NCBI GenBank assembly: GCA_003971905.1
Contig: RSEE01000049.1
Span: 248,001 to 312,000, forward strand
Direction: 5' to 3'
Source of the DNA: Moniliella sp. 'wahieum'
Taxonomy: Eukaryota
Length of the DNA: 64,000 nucleotides
Part shown: in pieces, positions 35,730-49,399 of the stretch
How the letters are laid out: every line of letters starts with the position of its first letter
How positions within the stretch are numbered: position 1 is the first letter of the stretch
Translations under genes and position numbers: made by a program
Notes under the pieces: generated by a model
Told to the model about the DNA's origin: nothing
What the model saw: the letters and a program-made list of their open reading frames with translations, nothing else
The model's database searches: none

Positions 35730-37170
35730 TCAGAAGCCTCCTAAAGCACCTTCGCCATCGTCTCCCCAAGCCAGAAGAGGAGTTGGGGCAGATGCACGAC
35801 GTTTGGGCTTGGTTCGTTTGGACCGCTTCGGCGCCCGCGGGAGCCGGAGGCAAAGGTCGAGTGCAGTGAGGCCCGGTCGAGAGCCGACGGACGTGCAGGT
35901 GGAGGTGGAGGTGGAAGAGGAGGGGATGGCGGGGGGAAGCAGAGATGGGGGTGTGACTACTAGGACGGTTGCCTCGTCCATCACTTTCACCTTGCGAAGA
36001 GCAGTCGTGAGGGTCAGACGTGCTCGCTCCAACGGTGCCAAGCGACGTCTCAGAAGAACGATGGGAAAAGAAAGAGATGCTGGGAAGGCTGGAACTGCGG
36101 GAGGAAGTTACCGATTCTCCTGTGGCAGAAGGCGCCAATGGAACAAGATGTTCTTTCTCACTCGCGCAGGAACGTAAAGGGAGACACGATGACGTGAAGT
36201 AGCCCCTGACAGGCTGGATTGCACAGGGGGAGAGGGAACGGGCGTGACTTCCTCCCCATCCAGGGGGGGCAACTTGGATTGCCCTAGTCCCGGCGTGGAT
36301 AGGGCACCCACAGAGCGGATAATCGGCACGCCCCACCCTGTCGGTGCAGACCCACCGAGCAGAGAGGTGAAGAGGGGCGAGTGCATCCTACTGTCGAGCC
36401 CCGATGCCCCAGAGACAGAGCGGAGACGGGTCGACGTATCGAACCCAACCACATGGCCAGCCTGGAGGCGAGTGCACCAGGAGGTGCCAAAGTAATCCGA
36501 TTGGGCACCGGCCTTGGCTATACGGATGGCCAGCGGGGAATGGAAACATTGATCGTCCTCGTCCCCATCCTCATCCTCGACCTCCTCCCCCTCCTCACCA
36601 AGACGGAGAGAATGGCACCTGTGCATGCTGAGGTCCAGCGATGAGCCTCGTCCCTGGGTGGATTGGATGGGGGTACGGTCATAGTCAGCAGAAGAGTGAG
36701 TGAAAGCCTGTTGGGCAGGGCCGGGGGGAGAAGCTGACGCCGTCCGGGCGGCGACGGACAACATTGGACTGGTTGGGATAGTAGTGGAACCGAGGAGGGA
36801 AGGGAAGGTGGGCCACGTGCGCAGTGTGGCTCAGGATCAGGTGGCTCGCCTCGCCACGAACTCGGCATTTTTCAGACAGGACACACGCGGCGAAAGAGTA
36901 CGGTGCTGCGGGATAGCAGGCGCGGGCGGCAAGGTCGTCTGATACAACTCGTCCAACTGGGGTTGGTCGCAGACGGCGATTTTCCCGCCTCTTCGAGCGT
37001 GATGCCGCAGTGGGTGGAAGCGGCCAGGTGAGGACCATCAGTTTCAGGAGAGGAGGGGTGAGAGGCAGGGGCCACTACGTCTGTAGACGATTGCCGGTTA
37101 GCCTGCTGCGATGAGGCGCAACAAAAGGCGCGGAGAAAGGGATGAGGAGGGGGGCATGCGTACTGGGCAT
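35730..37170 (-). CDS. Hypothetical protein with VSF...THSSADYDRTPI motif and C-terminal GALGGF; frameshifted
   Basis: 7-nt first exon ATGCCCA and intron 37081-37163 (GTACGC...GCTAAC...CAG) give MPNVVAPASH. ORF pieces 36872-37258, 36685-37038, 36108-36764 and 35730-36041 join across homopolymer indels. Confidence 0.65.
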
Positions 37171-38574
37171 CGTGCGTGGGGGGATGGAGTGGTGGTGTTA
37201 GGACAGGCAGCACGACGGAGCTGGGTGGGAAGGGCAGAGCCTGGGCGGAAGCCAGCAAGGCCAGTAAAGTACAGGGTCCACGCGGCAGGGTGTCAGTGTG
37301 GGAAGGACAGGGCGGGCGGTGAGAAAGCAGCGGATGGCAGGGTTGGGTGGAGCGTTGGACGCTGAACGGTGAACGGTGAGAATATTGAGTTGGACGCGAT
37401 AGCGGCGTGGAGGGTGGCGCGGAGGCCTGAGGAGGTTATATCCGTTTCCGCTGGCAACGGTGGTGGGGGTCGTGGAGGTTGGCCTGGTGTTGACGGTGGC
37501 GCCACCCGCGGGAGGGAGGGGGGGTGGCCTGAGGCCTGAGGCCTGGGGCCGGAGGATGATGCCGACGCACGAGGGAGGGTCGGTGGGGGCGAGGAGTTGA
37601 CGTTGGGTTTTGACGAGCGGCGTGACTATCACATGGGCTAGTGATTGCTGGTGTCATTAATCATTCGCCAGCTGGCGCGCAGGCAGGCGTCGCACACACA
37701 GCACAGCGCCTGCTCCAGCCGCACTGGCCCAGTGTGCGTTGGGGGTGAGAAGGCCACACTGCCGCCATGCCCGGCCATGCCGCGGCCGGCATGCAGTCCA
37801 GGCGACTTCCCACGCGCACGGGGGCAGCCGGGGATTGCCGGGGCACGGGGGCTGCTGGCTCGTAAAGCGGTGTGGGCAGCAGCTCGCGTGCGGGGAAGCG
37901 CGGGGAAGCCGGGGCGGCACGCGCTGCCCACCCAGAGCCCGCACGGCGCCAGTGTGGCCCGAGTGGCTGAGACGGCGGACCCGCGTATTACCTGTCGGCG
38001 TTACGTCACCCGCGCCGCCCCGCGCTCTTTTGCCCAGACGCGCGTCTGGCTCAGGCGCGTTGGGCTGGCTGGGCCCTGGTTAAATCAGACTGCCCCATGA
38101 CGTCACAACCCTAATGTTGCACGGCCTACCCCGGGCAGCGCAGTGGTGCGGGGGCATGCATGTCGCCTGTCACCTGTTACGGCTACCTGTTGTCAAGTTT
38201 CAAGTGTCAACATGACAACGCATCAGCTCAACGCTCAACCGTCGTCAGTCGACTTGGGCGCGTCAGCGCGTCGCCTCTTCTCACCTCTGCGGGCCCTCAC
38301 GGCCTCACCGTCGACGCCCAACCAACTCAACAACCACTCTCAGATCTCAACCGTCGAGCTCAACCTTTGGTACTGATGGTGCACACATGCATGACTTGAG
38401 ATCAAAAGCCGGAGGGCGCAGTGGACGTGACTAGTGACTCGTACTATAACACACTGTGAAGCTTGAACCACGTGATGATGCATTAGTCCGTAGCCCCCCG
38501 CACCGCCACAGACGTGTTTTTTTTTCGTGTGTGAAGCAGGTACTCCACGGAGCAATGGACTGGCCAAATTGACC

Positions 38575-38900
38575 AATCACTAGTCACTAGTCTCCATACT
38601 ATAGTCACTAGTCACGAGTCATGGACATGGACTCAGGGACTCTGCCCCTGGGGCCTGAGGCCCTGAGGGCCTCAGGGTACGCAGTACTCGTACTCAGTAT
38701 ACTCGTTGATCTCATCGTGACATTGACAAGAACAAAGGCAACTGGGCCGAGCAACTAGTCACGTTCATCACGTATGAGCTGGTGAGATTGAGATCTATCG
38801 AGAGGATCTGAGATCTCAAAGCCCAGGCCTCACGTGACGCGTGACGCGTGAAGCTTGAAGAGCTTAGAGCCCTTGGAGCTAGCTTGAAGCTTGAAGTTCA
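38575..38900. repeat. Dense cluster of T-N-A-linked palindromes with mixed cores
   Basis: ACTAGT-C-ACTAGT (38579); AGGCCT-C-ACGT-G-ACGCGT-G-ACGCGT-G-AAGCTT-G (38825-38857); agcttgaagcttgaag (38881). Confidence 0.85.
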
Positions 38901-39027
38901 GCGTCACGGCGGTCGCGCCTTCGCTGCTGAGTGGGTACGCAAAGGGCGCACTGGTACGCATCTTCAAACGCATTATCAACAGACCTTGGGACGTTGGGCC
39001 TTAGGCCTTAGATCTTGTTAGACCTCG

Positions 39028-39435
39028 TCCATTTCATGACAGAGCTTAAGGCTGGGACAGGGGGAACGCTACGTCTAAACCTAACCGTTCATCTTGCGGG
39101 GGTTACTTGGAAGCGCCACCAAGATTAAGGGACCAGGGGGATCGCCAGGATATCAGGACCCTCCGGCTCACGCCATCCGGTCCGTACCCTAGGAAGCGCG
39201 TGTGGACACGGAGGAACGTGGTTGACATCCGAGCGAGGAACCATTTCCACTGAGACTTAGTAGCCAATCCTTCCAATGCGCGAACAACTTGCCCGCCGTC
39301 TTGGTGCCGTAGTATCCTCGCGTCGTCAAAACCAGGGGGAAAAACGGCTCTTGAGTGCGTCCTGGTACTTGGCGTCTTGTCGCATTCTGCTTGTTCAAGC
39401 ATCCGAAGAAGCAGCTCCTTCTCCCGGCGTTCCAA
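39028..39435 (-). mobile_element. Diverged copy of the CRE/RLE non-LTR 3' end at 21572-21980
   Basis: Colinear, same-orientation similarity (shared blocks ggctgggacag, ccgttcatcttgcg, tagtatcctcgcgtcgtcaaaacc, gtcgcattctgcttgttc); translation EQAECDK...FFPLVLTTRGYYGTKT...WFLARMS. Confidence 0.7.
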
Positions 39436-40582
39436 GTTAGACCTTATTCGACCTTGGACCTTGGGACCTTGTAGACCAAACTTTTGCCACTTTCGCCCCA
39501 TCTTCCCGCTCCCTCGTCATTCACTCAATCACGAATAATCGTAATCATTAATCACGACGTCACCCAGCTCTGTCTTTACCCAAAGAGGAATGTCCTCGTC
39601 ATTTGTTACGCGTTACGCGTTAAGTACGTTAAGCTTTAAGCTTTAAGGACTGCTAGCGCGGTGATGTGAGAAGAGAGATATGGAACGACCATCCGTCACG
39701 CAAATTTCGAATTCCCTTCTAAGTGCGTTCGTGTTCTTACATCTACATGCTCGTCTCTCTCTGCTCGTTCCAAGATGGATTAGGATATCTCCACTGGGAG
39801 CGGCACTACATCACGCAAGAGCAAACCCGCCTCTACTATATCTATTTTCGGGGTCCTAGCGTTTGACATCTGGGTCGCGTTCGGCCAGCAAGAAGAAGAA
39901 AAGAACAGCAACCAGGAACCAGGAACCAGGGAACAGGAAAAGGGATCCCCGTGCAACCCGGCATCCGGCACGCGACTCGAACGGGAAGAAAGCGGTGCGC
40001 ACGAGAAAAAAGATCGGTGCCAGGTAGAAGGAGTAGAGCTACTGAGCATAGGCAGGGAGTACATTGAGTACGCCGTATGAGGCCAATGAACGTTGAACGT
40101 TGAACCTGAACGCTGAACGGGTGAACAGTGAACGTGCAATGCGCGTGTAAACGGACGTCCTCGAGCGTTTCAAGCTTCAAGGAGGAAGGGATGGGACAGG
40201 GCGTACCGCTCACAGCTTACAAAGGAAAGAGAACCAAGTACTAAGATCCAAGATCCAAGATCAAAGATCAAAACAAAATAAAGAACAGGACTGTATGTGC
40301 GTGGGGGGTGCGAAGGAGGGGTGTGATGGGTAGAGTTGAGACGTGCAAAGTTACCAATGGGGAACGTTTGCCACTCAACCAGCGAGCACGAGGACGGTGG
40401 CATAGACGCAGGCGCCGCAGAGTCCAACGAGCGCACGGGAGGAGGAAGCGTACACGTTGGGCGGAGAGGAAGCGTACACGTTGGGCGGGAGGAAAGCGTA
40501 CACGTTGGGCGGGGAAGTCAGCGTTCAGCTTTTTGCATAGTGGGTGCGAAACTCCATCCTCGCCTCTGCCACCAACATGGAT

Positions 40583-42658
40583 TCATCGTGGTGCGTCATC
40601 ACACCATCCACGCCATCCACACCACTCTACGGGGCCAATCCCGCATCGGTCTCGTTCAGGGCGGGTTGACTGCGAGGTTGAGCAAGTTAGTAGGGTGGGT
40701 AGGGGGAGTGAGTTCAGGAGCAGATGGGTGGTCGGATTGCTTGCGTCGTTGCTGTGCCGCCGCAAGGCGAGGGTACCGATGAGATTGGGCACTGGCACCT
40801 TGACTCCCTCCCCCGAGGCCGACGGGGCAGAGCTCAAGGCCGTACCCGATTCGCGCACCGAGGAGCCAGAGAGAGAGCCACTGGCGTGAGAAGCAGGGTG
40901 GTTATGGTGGTGGGTAGCAAGGTCCGAGGAACGTGTTGTCCGTGACTCGCTTCCCCCGCGGAAGGAATTAGGTACTTTCCCTCTCGAAGAGGAGGAGGAA
41001 CCGCCCATGGCACGGTACCGTTCTTTGGGTGCTGAACTGAAGCCCAGTCCGGCCAGGTCGCCTTCATCGTCCATTGCTGCGCCAGGAAGCTCGGTAGCAG
41101 GGGGCTCGGCAGCACGCGGGGGCACATGCAAGGGCGAATTGGCCAGGGGAGGAAGAACTCCAATCTGCTCATAGTCAATGCCAATGTCGGGGAGATGGGA
41201 AAGGTTGTCTCCTCCTCTTCGTACGCCGCACCAGCGTCATTGGTGTAGTCGTACTCGTACTCGTACTCTTCGGGAGGCGCGGCGTAATAGTGATGATGGT
41301 GATGAACTTGCTGGTCCAAGGACGCAGGGAAATAACGGGAGGTTGACCACGGAGCCAAGCCTGTTCTCGTTGCGCCAGCTCCATCTCGCGCAAATCCACT
41401 TGCGCCTCGTACTCGGTATGGGCACGCTCCAAGTCGGCTCGCGTAAACCCAAACTCGTCCCGCTCTTCCTCAGGGACAGGCAAACTCATCAAGCCAAACC
41501 CACCCGCTGCAGCTTCGGCCTCGGCTTCGGTAAGGAAGCGCGGTGGTGGTAAGGAGAGAATTTGCTCGAACATCCTTGTCCTTCTTCTTGCGCCCCGAGG
41601 AGGCTTTGCTCCGCGCCTTGCGCGAGCGACTGGATTTGCTGCCCTGCTGCGACGAGGGGCGAGAGGAGGTAGAAGTTGGCGAGCTAGAACGAACGAGCGG
41701 ATCCAGGGAAGGTGCCATGGGAGGCGGCGTACGTGGTTCCTGTTGTGGTTCCTGTTGTGGTTCCGATGGTTCCCGTAGCTGCCTTGCGTTTGGGGAGTCA
41801 TGCGTCGTGGTGGAATCCGCTCGAGGGGTAGGTAGAAGAGGCGTGCTGGAACGTTGGTGGGAGGTAGGAGTGGTCGCCTTGGGCGAGAGGGTGGAGTAGT
41901 ATACGCTGACTTGGCATCAAGCGTGACGGAGTGCGCATCGAGGTGCAAGGTCGGGGTGGTGAGGCCCTGCTGCGCCAGACTGGCAAGGTCAACTGGGACG
42001 TAGTCGGACGTGCTCAGGGGGTCGGAAAGTGTGACTTCCGTGTCCGCTTCGCCCTGGGGCGCAGGGCTTACGAGGGGCGGCTTTTGAGGGGGAGAATGGT
42101 CCAAGGGTATGAGGGGCGGCGGCGGCGGTGAAGGAAGCGAAGGCGCGGAGGCGGAGAGGGCGGTGTGGGGGTGGGGGTGGACGGAGATGCAGGGGATGGG
42201 GTCTGCTGGGCCAAACGCCAGTTCAAACGCGCGATAGTCGCATCATCAAACACCTCTGCATCCTCGTTTGAGTCGGAGTGGGGAAGGGTCGTGTCCAGCA
42301 ACGGCGCCTCGTCCTCCGAGTCGGAGAGGTAGATGCGCGCCCAAACAGGCCACAGGTCAGGTAGTGGGACCAGGCAGAGGCCGGGTGGGGCGTCGTCACT
42401 GTGCTGCCCGTCGTCGGGGAGGCGGAGCGGGCGCAGACTGCACTTTCTGCGCCGAGACCGACGACGCCGTTGGCGAGCAGAGTGGGAAACGAGGGAGAGA
42501 TGGCGTCGGCGTCGGCATCGGCATCGGGGTGTGGCGGATGGTGCGCGGCGGCGGGGTGGAGCCGAGGGCGGCGGCGGCGTTCTGCGGCGTGGCAGCTGCG
42601 CCGGGTGCGGTTGCATCGGCGACGGCGCTGGCCGCGCGGTGCACGCGGCGCGGAGCAT
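40583..42658 (-). CDS. Hypothetical low-complexity protein; frameshifted
   Basis: Chain of overlapping minus-strand ORFs (42068-42841, 41175-42104, 40834-41358, 40583-41131) with protein-like blocks (DLWPVWARIYLSDSEDE, DEFGFTRADLERAHTEYE). No family recognised; ends uncertain. Confidence 0.5.
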
Positions 42659-43055
42659 GGGCAGGAGGGCAGGGGGAGGCGGCGGCGGAGGAGGAGGAGG
42701 CGAGGAGATGGGGCGTGTGGGGTGGGGTTGGTTGGGTTGGTTGGGCCGATCGTGTGTGCTCGGCGCTCGGCCATGTGCCTGGCAAGTTTCAACTCTATCG
42801 CAGATCTGCCTCTCCCGCGTTATGTTCAGGTTGAATCGCATCCCCGCTGCCTTTCACGTGGCAGGCATCGCCACGTGTGCCTGCGGCCGCAGCACCGCTC
42901 ATCCCGCCCTTCTGCGCCCCATCCCGCGCCTCTGTCCGACAGCTATCGTTGGCAGGGGTAGAGCATTCAATGCTGAATGGCACCAGCCCATGCATCGTCA
43001 TCAACATCATCCTGTCTGCCGTGGCCCACGCATCCCTCCCCCCCTCCCCCACCGG

Positions 43056-44429
<1,374 letters not shown>

Positions 44430-45712
44430 GGTGGCAGCTGGCGGGGCAGGGAAGATGCAAGTGATGAAGTAGAGGCGGGCACAGCGGCAGGGATCACAGG
44501 GGGGATCGCAGGTGGGATCGCAGGGGGGGTCGCAGAGAGGGAGGCGCGATAGGTAGGCGAGATAGAATCGCCTCGCGTTTTTGCCTCCGCGCTTCCGCCA
44601 AGCGGTCTTCTTCCCGTTCGTCAAGCCAGTCTTGAGCGGGTTGGCCATTTCAGATAGGTGGACGGGCGGGGGGGGGGGGTTGGCTGGTGGGGAAAACACA
44701 AAAAAGTGTCCTTGCGCTTGCTCGATTTTGGTTTGGGCATTGCGATCTCTGGGCCTTGGATTGTGGCCATGCATTATGCATTACGTCACCGCCACCCATG
44801 TCGCCACCCCCCGCATGTCACATGTGTGTCACAGGTGATGTCACCGGCCAGAAACAGGGTCTCCGTCGATCGTGAAAAAAATAATCACATCGCTCTCCTC
44901 CGTATGTCTGTCCATCGCATAGACATATTCCCGTCGGCATGGGTTCCTCCCCGTATGAAGTCATCATGGGGTGACAAAGAGAGGCAACGCTGTGACTGAT
45001 CCCAAGGCGGACACCGGCCGAGCAAGATAGGCCGACCATTCGTACCAGAGCACATGTGCAAGCCCCCTGCACGCTACAACTACCCCTCCCCTTTCACACA
45101 CACACGCGCCTCCAGACCCCCGCGTGACGCGTGGATCCGACAAAGCTGCAACGAGCTCAGTGCTCAGTGGGAAAGCTGGGAACGACAATTAGGAGCAAAT
45201 ATGGGCTTCATGTGGAAAACCGCTTCATAAAGTAACTGTACAGAGTGATCTGCGTGTGTCGTAAATCCTTAAGCGTAAGGGTGAATGATCAAGGGTGAAG
45301 ACTGAGTGCACTGTGAGTGTTGAGAAAGGTGAAAAAAGCCGGGGAAGGGAGGAAGGAGGTTCGGCGGTGAGGATCACAGCCAGCAATCCTCAGGCAGAAG
45401 GGCTGTTTAAATACCGTATACTGGCAGAACAACGCTTAACAAGAAGAAAGGGGTCTACGGTAGTCATGGAAGACAACGTGTGGCCTGTTCTGTCAAGATC
45501 GCGGTCCGGTGGGCCGCAACAGATAAAGGGTTCTGCCAAGATTGTGAGCGCAGCAGTTACAAAGCTTCGTACTGCAACGTCCGTCTTGGCTCTCCGCGGA
45601 AAGTATTAGCGGCATGTGTAAGTTGTTGCCCATGCTGACTCTTGCTCACGGTTATGGTAGTCTCGTGGGGTACCTCAACTCTCTGGCCTGCTTGCTTTCG
45701 CCATATAGAATA

Positions 45713-46040
45713 CGAGGAGACCACCGGCCCTACGGCCCGGTCAGCTGGGGCTTCGCCCTGGCAGCTTGGTGCTGCGTCGCAGCCGCCACCGTAGCCACCG
45801 TTCCCCCGTCGCCACCTTAGCCACCGTTCCCCCGGTCCACCATTGCCACCTTAGCCACCGTTCCCCCGGTCCCCCGTCGCCACCTTAGCCACCGTTCCCC
45901 CCTTCGCCAGCGTAGTTATAATATCACCGATACGCGCTGGCTGGGGTGGGGGGTGGCTGGCTGCGCCCCCGGTGGCTTACGCAATGCTGATGTAAAAGAG
46001 TGGTGCACACCCCGTTTGGGATTCTAATATAGTATAGAGA
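45713..46040 (-). mobile_element. Non-autonomous Helitron (328 bp)
   Basis: Minus strand begins A|TCTCTATACTATATTAG and ends ACCGGGCCGTAGGGCCGGT hairpin-GGTCTC-CTCG|T. It sits between A and T with no target-site duplication and carries an internal minisatellite. Confidence 0.72.
45783..45905. repeat. Minisatellite gccacc(tt/gt)agccaccgttccccc, ~4 copies
   Basis: Repeated unit inside the Helitron. Confidence 0.85.
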
Positions 46041-47399
46041 TCTCGCCTATACATTCCCTTTGGCTCGACCCAACCTCGATCTATCTTCTCTTTTTTCTCT
46101 TTGTTTCCTTGTCGCTTGGTCAATCTCCCTCTCCTGTCCATACTATGAATGTTTTGATTATGAATTGAATGGCCAAGCCGCCAACCATCGTTCCCATTGC
46201 ATCATCACGGCTCTTGAACACACCTTCTCCTTGTGTGCTAGAGTCTGATCTCGGCCTACTCCTCGACCTGCCTACTTCTCTCTACCGCTTCTACTCCCCC
46301 GCAATGACCTTACTCTGCCGCCCTTTGCCCCTGCCCACGAGAGCCCGGACTACTCGTAGCCAATAAGTGTGATTTTGATACTGTGACATCACGGTAGCTT
46401 GATTCGCTTCTGCCAGCGTGCGCATTCCATTCACGGACCAGCTGTTACTTGTTAGCCTCACAGGATACAGCTATTGGATTAACTTGTCACTTTCGAGCAG
46501 CTATTATACGAAACATGCATCACGCAGAAAACACCATTACAGTGTCATTCTGTTACACAAACTATTAACGAGACGTCTCTCCACTATTGCTCCCTTGGCC
46601 GCCAATATTGACTTGCAGGCGATATCCCGAGAAGAGACTTCGGTGAGAAGTATTGTGCAGCTAAGTGGGGATGGAGGTGGTAAAGTCATAACATTCACTG
46701 CATAGCTCCCACAGGAGCTATGCTCCCATTCGCAAGAGAGAAAAAGAAGAAGATAAGAACACTACTGCTGCAGTGCCACTGGTCGCATGTCACCAGTATA
46801 GCACGCGATTCATCCACACAACAAGAAGCAAGTTGCACTACGGTGCCTTAGCCACATGAAAGGCTCGTTGTAGCGATGGACCGAACGCTTCCTTTCGGCC
46901 TTCGGATTCTTCCACAGGGACACTAGCTTATAATTATAGACCTGAGTCAGCCCCGGATGTGTTTTCGCTATAGGTCTCACCGTTTTGTTCCTCAGCCTGG
47001 ATACTGAGTATGTCGTCCACTGAATAACTATTGGGGTTGGGGCCCTGGCTCTTTTCCTGTTCGCGCCCTAGTAGACCCTGCATAAATGGCATGTAGGCCA
47101 CACCGGTTCCATTGCGTATAACTCTGCCAAGAGGCACCTTTAATTTCGTCAAGATTTCTATGACATAAAGATGGGTACTGTAAAGGTCGGGCGATGCGAG
47201 TGAGACCAAGCGCCGAAGGAAGCAAAAGATGCACTGGTAGAGAGATGAGCAGGATTGGCGTTGAGCAGAGAACTGTGATTAAGTATAAGAGGGCCGTGAC
47301 TGGCAGGTACCACCGGGCCGCTAGTATTTCAGTGAGTTTTGACGCCCTCTGCGCGCCAATACGAGCTAAGCTCGAAGATCCAGCGGGAGAAGAATGAGA

Positions 47400-48400
47400 C
47401 GCAGTCTAGTGACTCAGTGCCGTGGGCAGGTTCCACGCACAAACTACTGTTGAATATGTACCGCAACCGTCAGCAGCTAGGCCGAAGTGTGGGAGCCGCG
47501 GTGAACGAACTCGATCAGCGGGTGACTAACAATATCAATACGAGTGCAGATATTCAGCTGTCGCAAGTTTTCACAAAAGGTTTGTTGACCATCATTTCGT
47601 AACCCTCACGGTGGATGAGGCCAGAAAGCCCGCCGCAGCAATGCGCCTCCGCACCCGTCGTTGTCCCACCGTTGGCAGTGTGAATGCACGACAAATCACC
47701 TTTTGGTGGAACCGTGGACCGGCCCCTCACCTGCCCACTATCACGGGAGGTGGGGTGGCCACGCTCACCCACTGGACCAATCGCGGGAGTGCACAGGAAC
47801 AAACGAATGGACCTCCCCAATTGCAAAAACGGCAGTCTCACATTCTGCATGGCCTGTATGATCCCCCTCAAAGGCTTTATACCGTCGGTATCTATGATCT
47901 CCCCGAAATCCCTGTTGTCTTCCCTATATATGGTTCCACTGAAATCCTTTATTGGTCTGACATTAGTATTGGATATCCCTAGCCACCTTAATATCGTTGA
48001 TAACCGGCAACCCTGTGAACCATCTGTGACTTCCTCGCCGTGGTCATGACTTTTGAAACTCATTGATGTCCCTCCTCTTCGTTATCATTTGTTTTGGGAA
48101 GAGGGCTCCAATTTGAATGCCATTGTAACGATGGCATTGTCCAGTACCAAGCCCCTTCGACTTCTGGCATTGGATCCGATCTTCCGAGACGGAGGACGTG
48201 TCAATGTCAACCCATCTTACATGCCCCGCGTCACTGCTCTGTTCCACGCTACGGCGAGTCGACCAATCCCGACTAATCATTGTTTCCTGTTACGGGCTGA
48301 CATGCATTGGATCTGAGATGGTCTGATCCAAGCTAAGACCCGCCTTCTCTGCACATGTCCAGAAGAGCGCGCTCCGAAGTCCAACCAAAAGTTTGCTGAT
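47400..48400 (+). pseudogene. Highly degraded Pif1-type (Helitron-like) helicase relic
   Basis: Motif remnants in the expected order across frames: VDEA (47611), DKSPFGG (~47700), LPTITGG, HRNKRM, NLN/CNDG, YMPRVT, CFLLR, RPAFSAHVQ..AL. Each match is weak on its own. Confidence 0.4.
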
Positions 48401-48480
48401 CGTTGCTTAAACCATGTACGATGGATGGTCCGAGCGGCCACGCATCCGCGCGACAATAGTCGTCCCCCGCTCAAGTCGAA

Positions 48481-49090
48481 GTCGGTTGACCTACTAAAAG
48501 GGGCCACCAGTTCCCGGTATCATTATGCGACGACTGTCGCCCCGTCACTGCTTACTTTGTCCCTTCTCCTTTGTGCCTGCGGCAACCAACCCCTCTTTTG
48601 ACATACCTTCCTTTCTACACCCCTTTTGCTTCCGTCTTCCCATTTAAATGTAGCCTGTACCCCTGAGGTTGGTGCCAGGGAATCCTTTCCGCAGGCTTGC
48701 ATTCTCGACCCTTCCCGCCTTTCCTGTCCAACAGCTGCCCGTTTAAGCAGCCAGTTGATTCTCTACAGGCAACCTTGTCTTCAGTTAGTTGCCTCCTCGT
48801 CTTTCAACAGCTTGTCTCCACTTAGTTGCCTCCTCGTCTTCCAACTTTGTTTCCCAGCCATTCGCCCAATCGGGTGAGCTTTGCTTTAGTCGCGCCGAAT
48901 TTGCGTACCACAGCTTATCGCATGGGTTCCTTTCTAGCCACGTCATCTGGTGCCGCTGTTGAGCGCCACCTCTGGCAGTGTTTGTCCTTCACTGCCTCTA
49001 CCAGTCTCCAACGCCGGGAGGCCCCAGGCCTTTTACCACACCTTCATCCGGCTCGCACACAGCGTTACCATACGTGCAGCCCCGTCTACC
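48481..49090 (+). repeat. Copy A of a ~600-bp diverged inverted repeat
   Basis: Exact 31-nt match 48575-48605 to revcomp 53735-53765; 16-nt match 48906-48921 to revcomp 53427-53442; colinear weaker similarity between them. Confidence 0.8.
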
Positions 49091-49399
49091 CCTTCTGTTC
49101 AGGAAACAAGTCTCAACCACAACTCAGTCAATGTTTGTGAGGGACAGCATCATGCAGTTCGTCCGTCCCATTGGTGGTCCACCACGCAATATCCTTCTGT
49201 AGCTTCTTGAAGGAGGGGGATCTCTTTAGAGATGCCGATGGTATTCATTCAGGCTGCATGGAATGGAGGATTATTATATACCACTGCAGAGGGAAGAGGA
49301 ATAGCAATCACACGGTACTAATTCAAGGCATCAGTGGGAGAGAGACATACAGGGGTCAAGGCCGATCTAAAACAGGGTCATACGCACACAGCCGGTAGG

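Noticed and set aside
40440..40515. Three copies of aagcgtacacgttgggcgg
   Set aside because: Simple local minisatellite; unclear whether coding, and no further structure.
45180..45610. Possible fifth CRE/RLE relic (KKKGVYG, VWPVLSRSRSGG, TSVLALRG)
   Set aside because: Resemblance too weak to support without a profile search.
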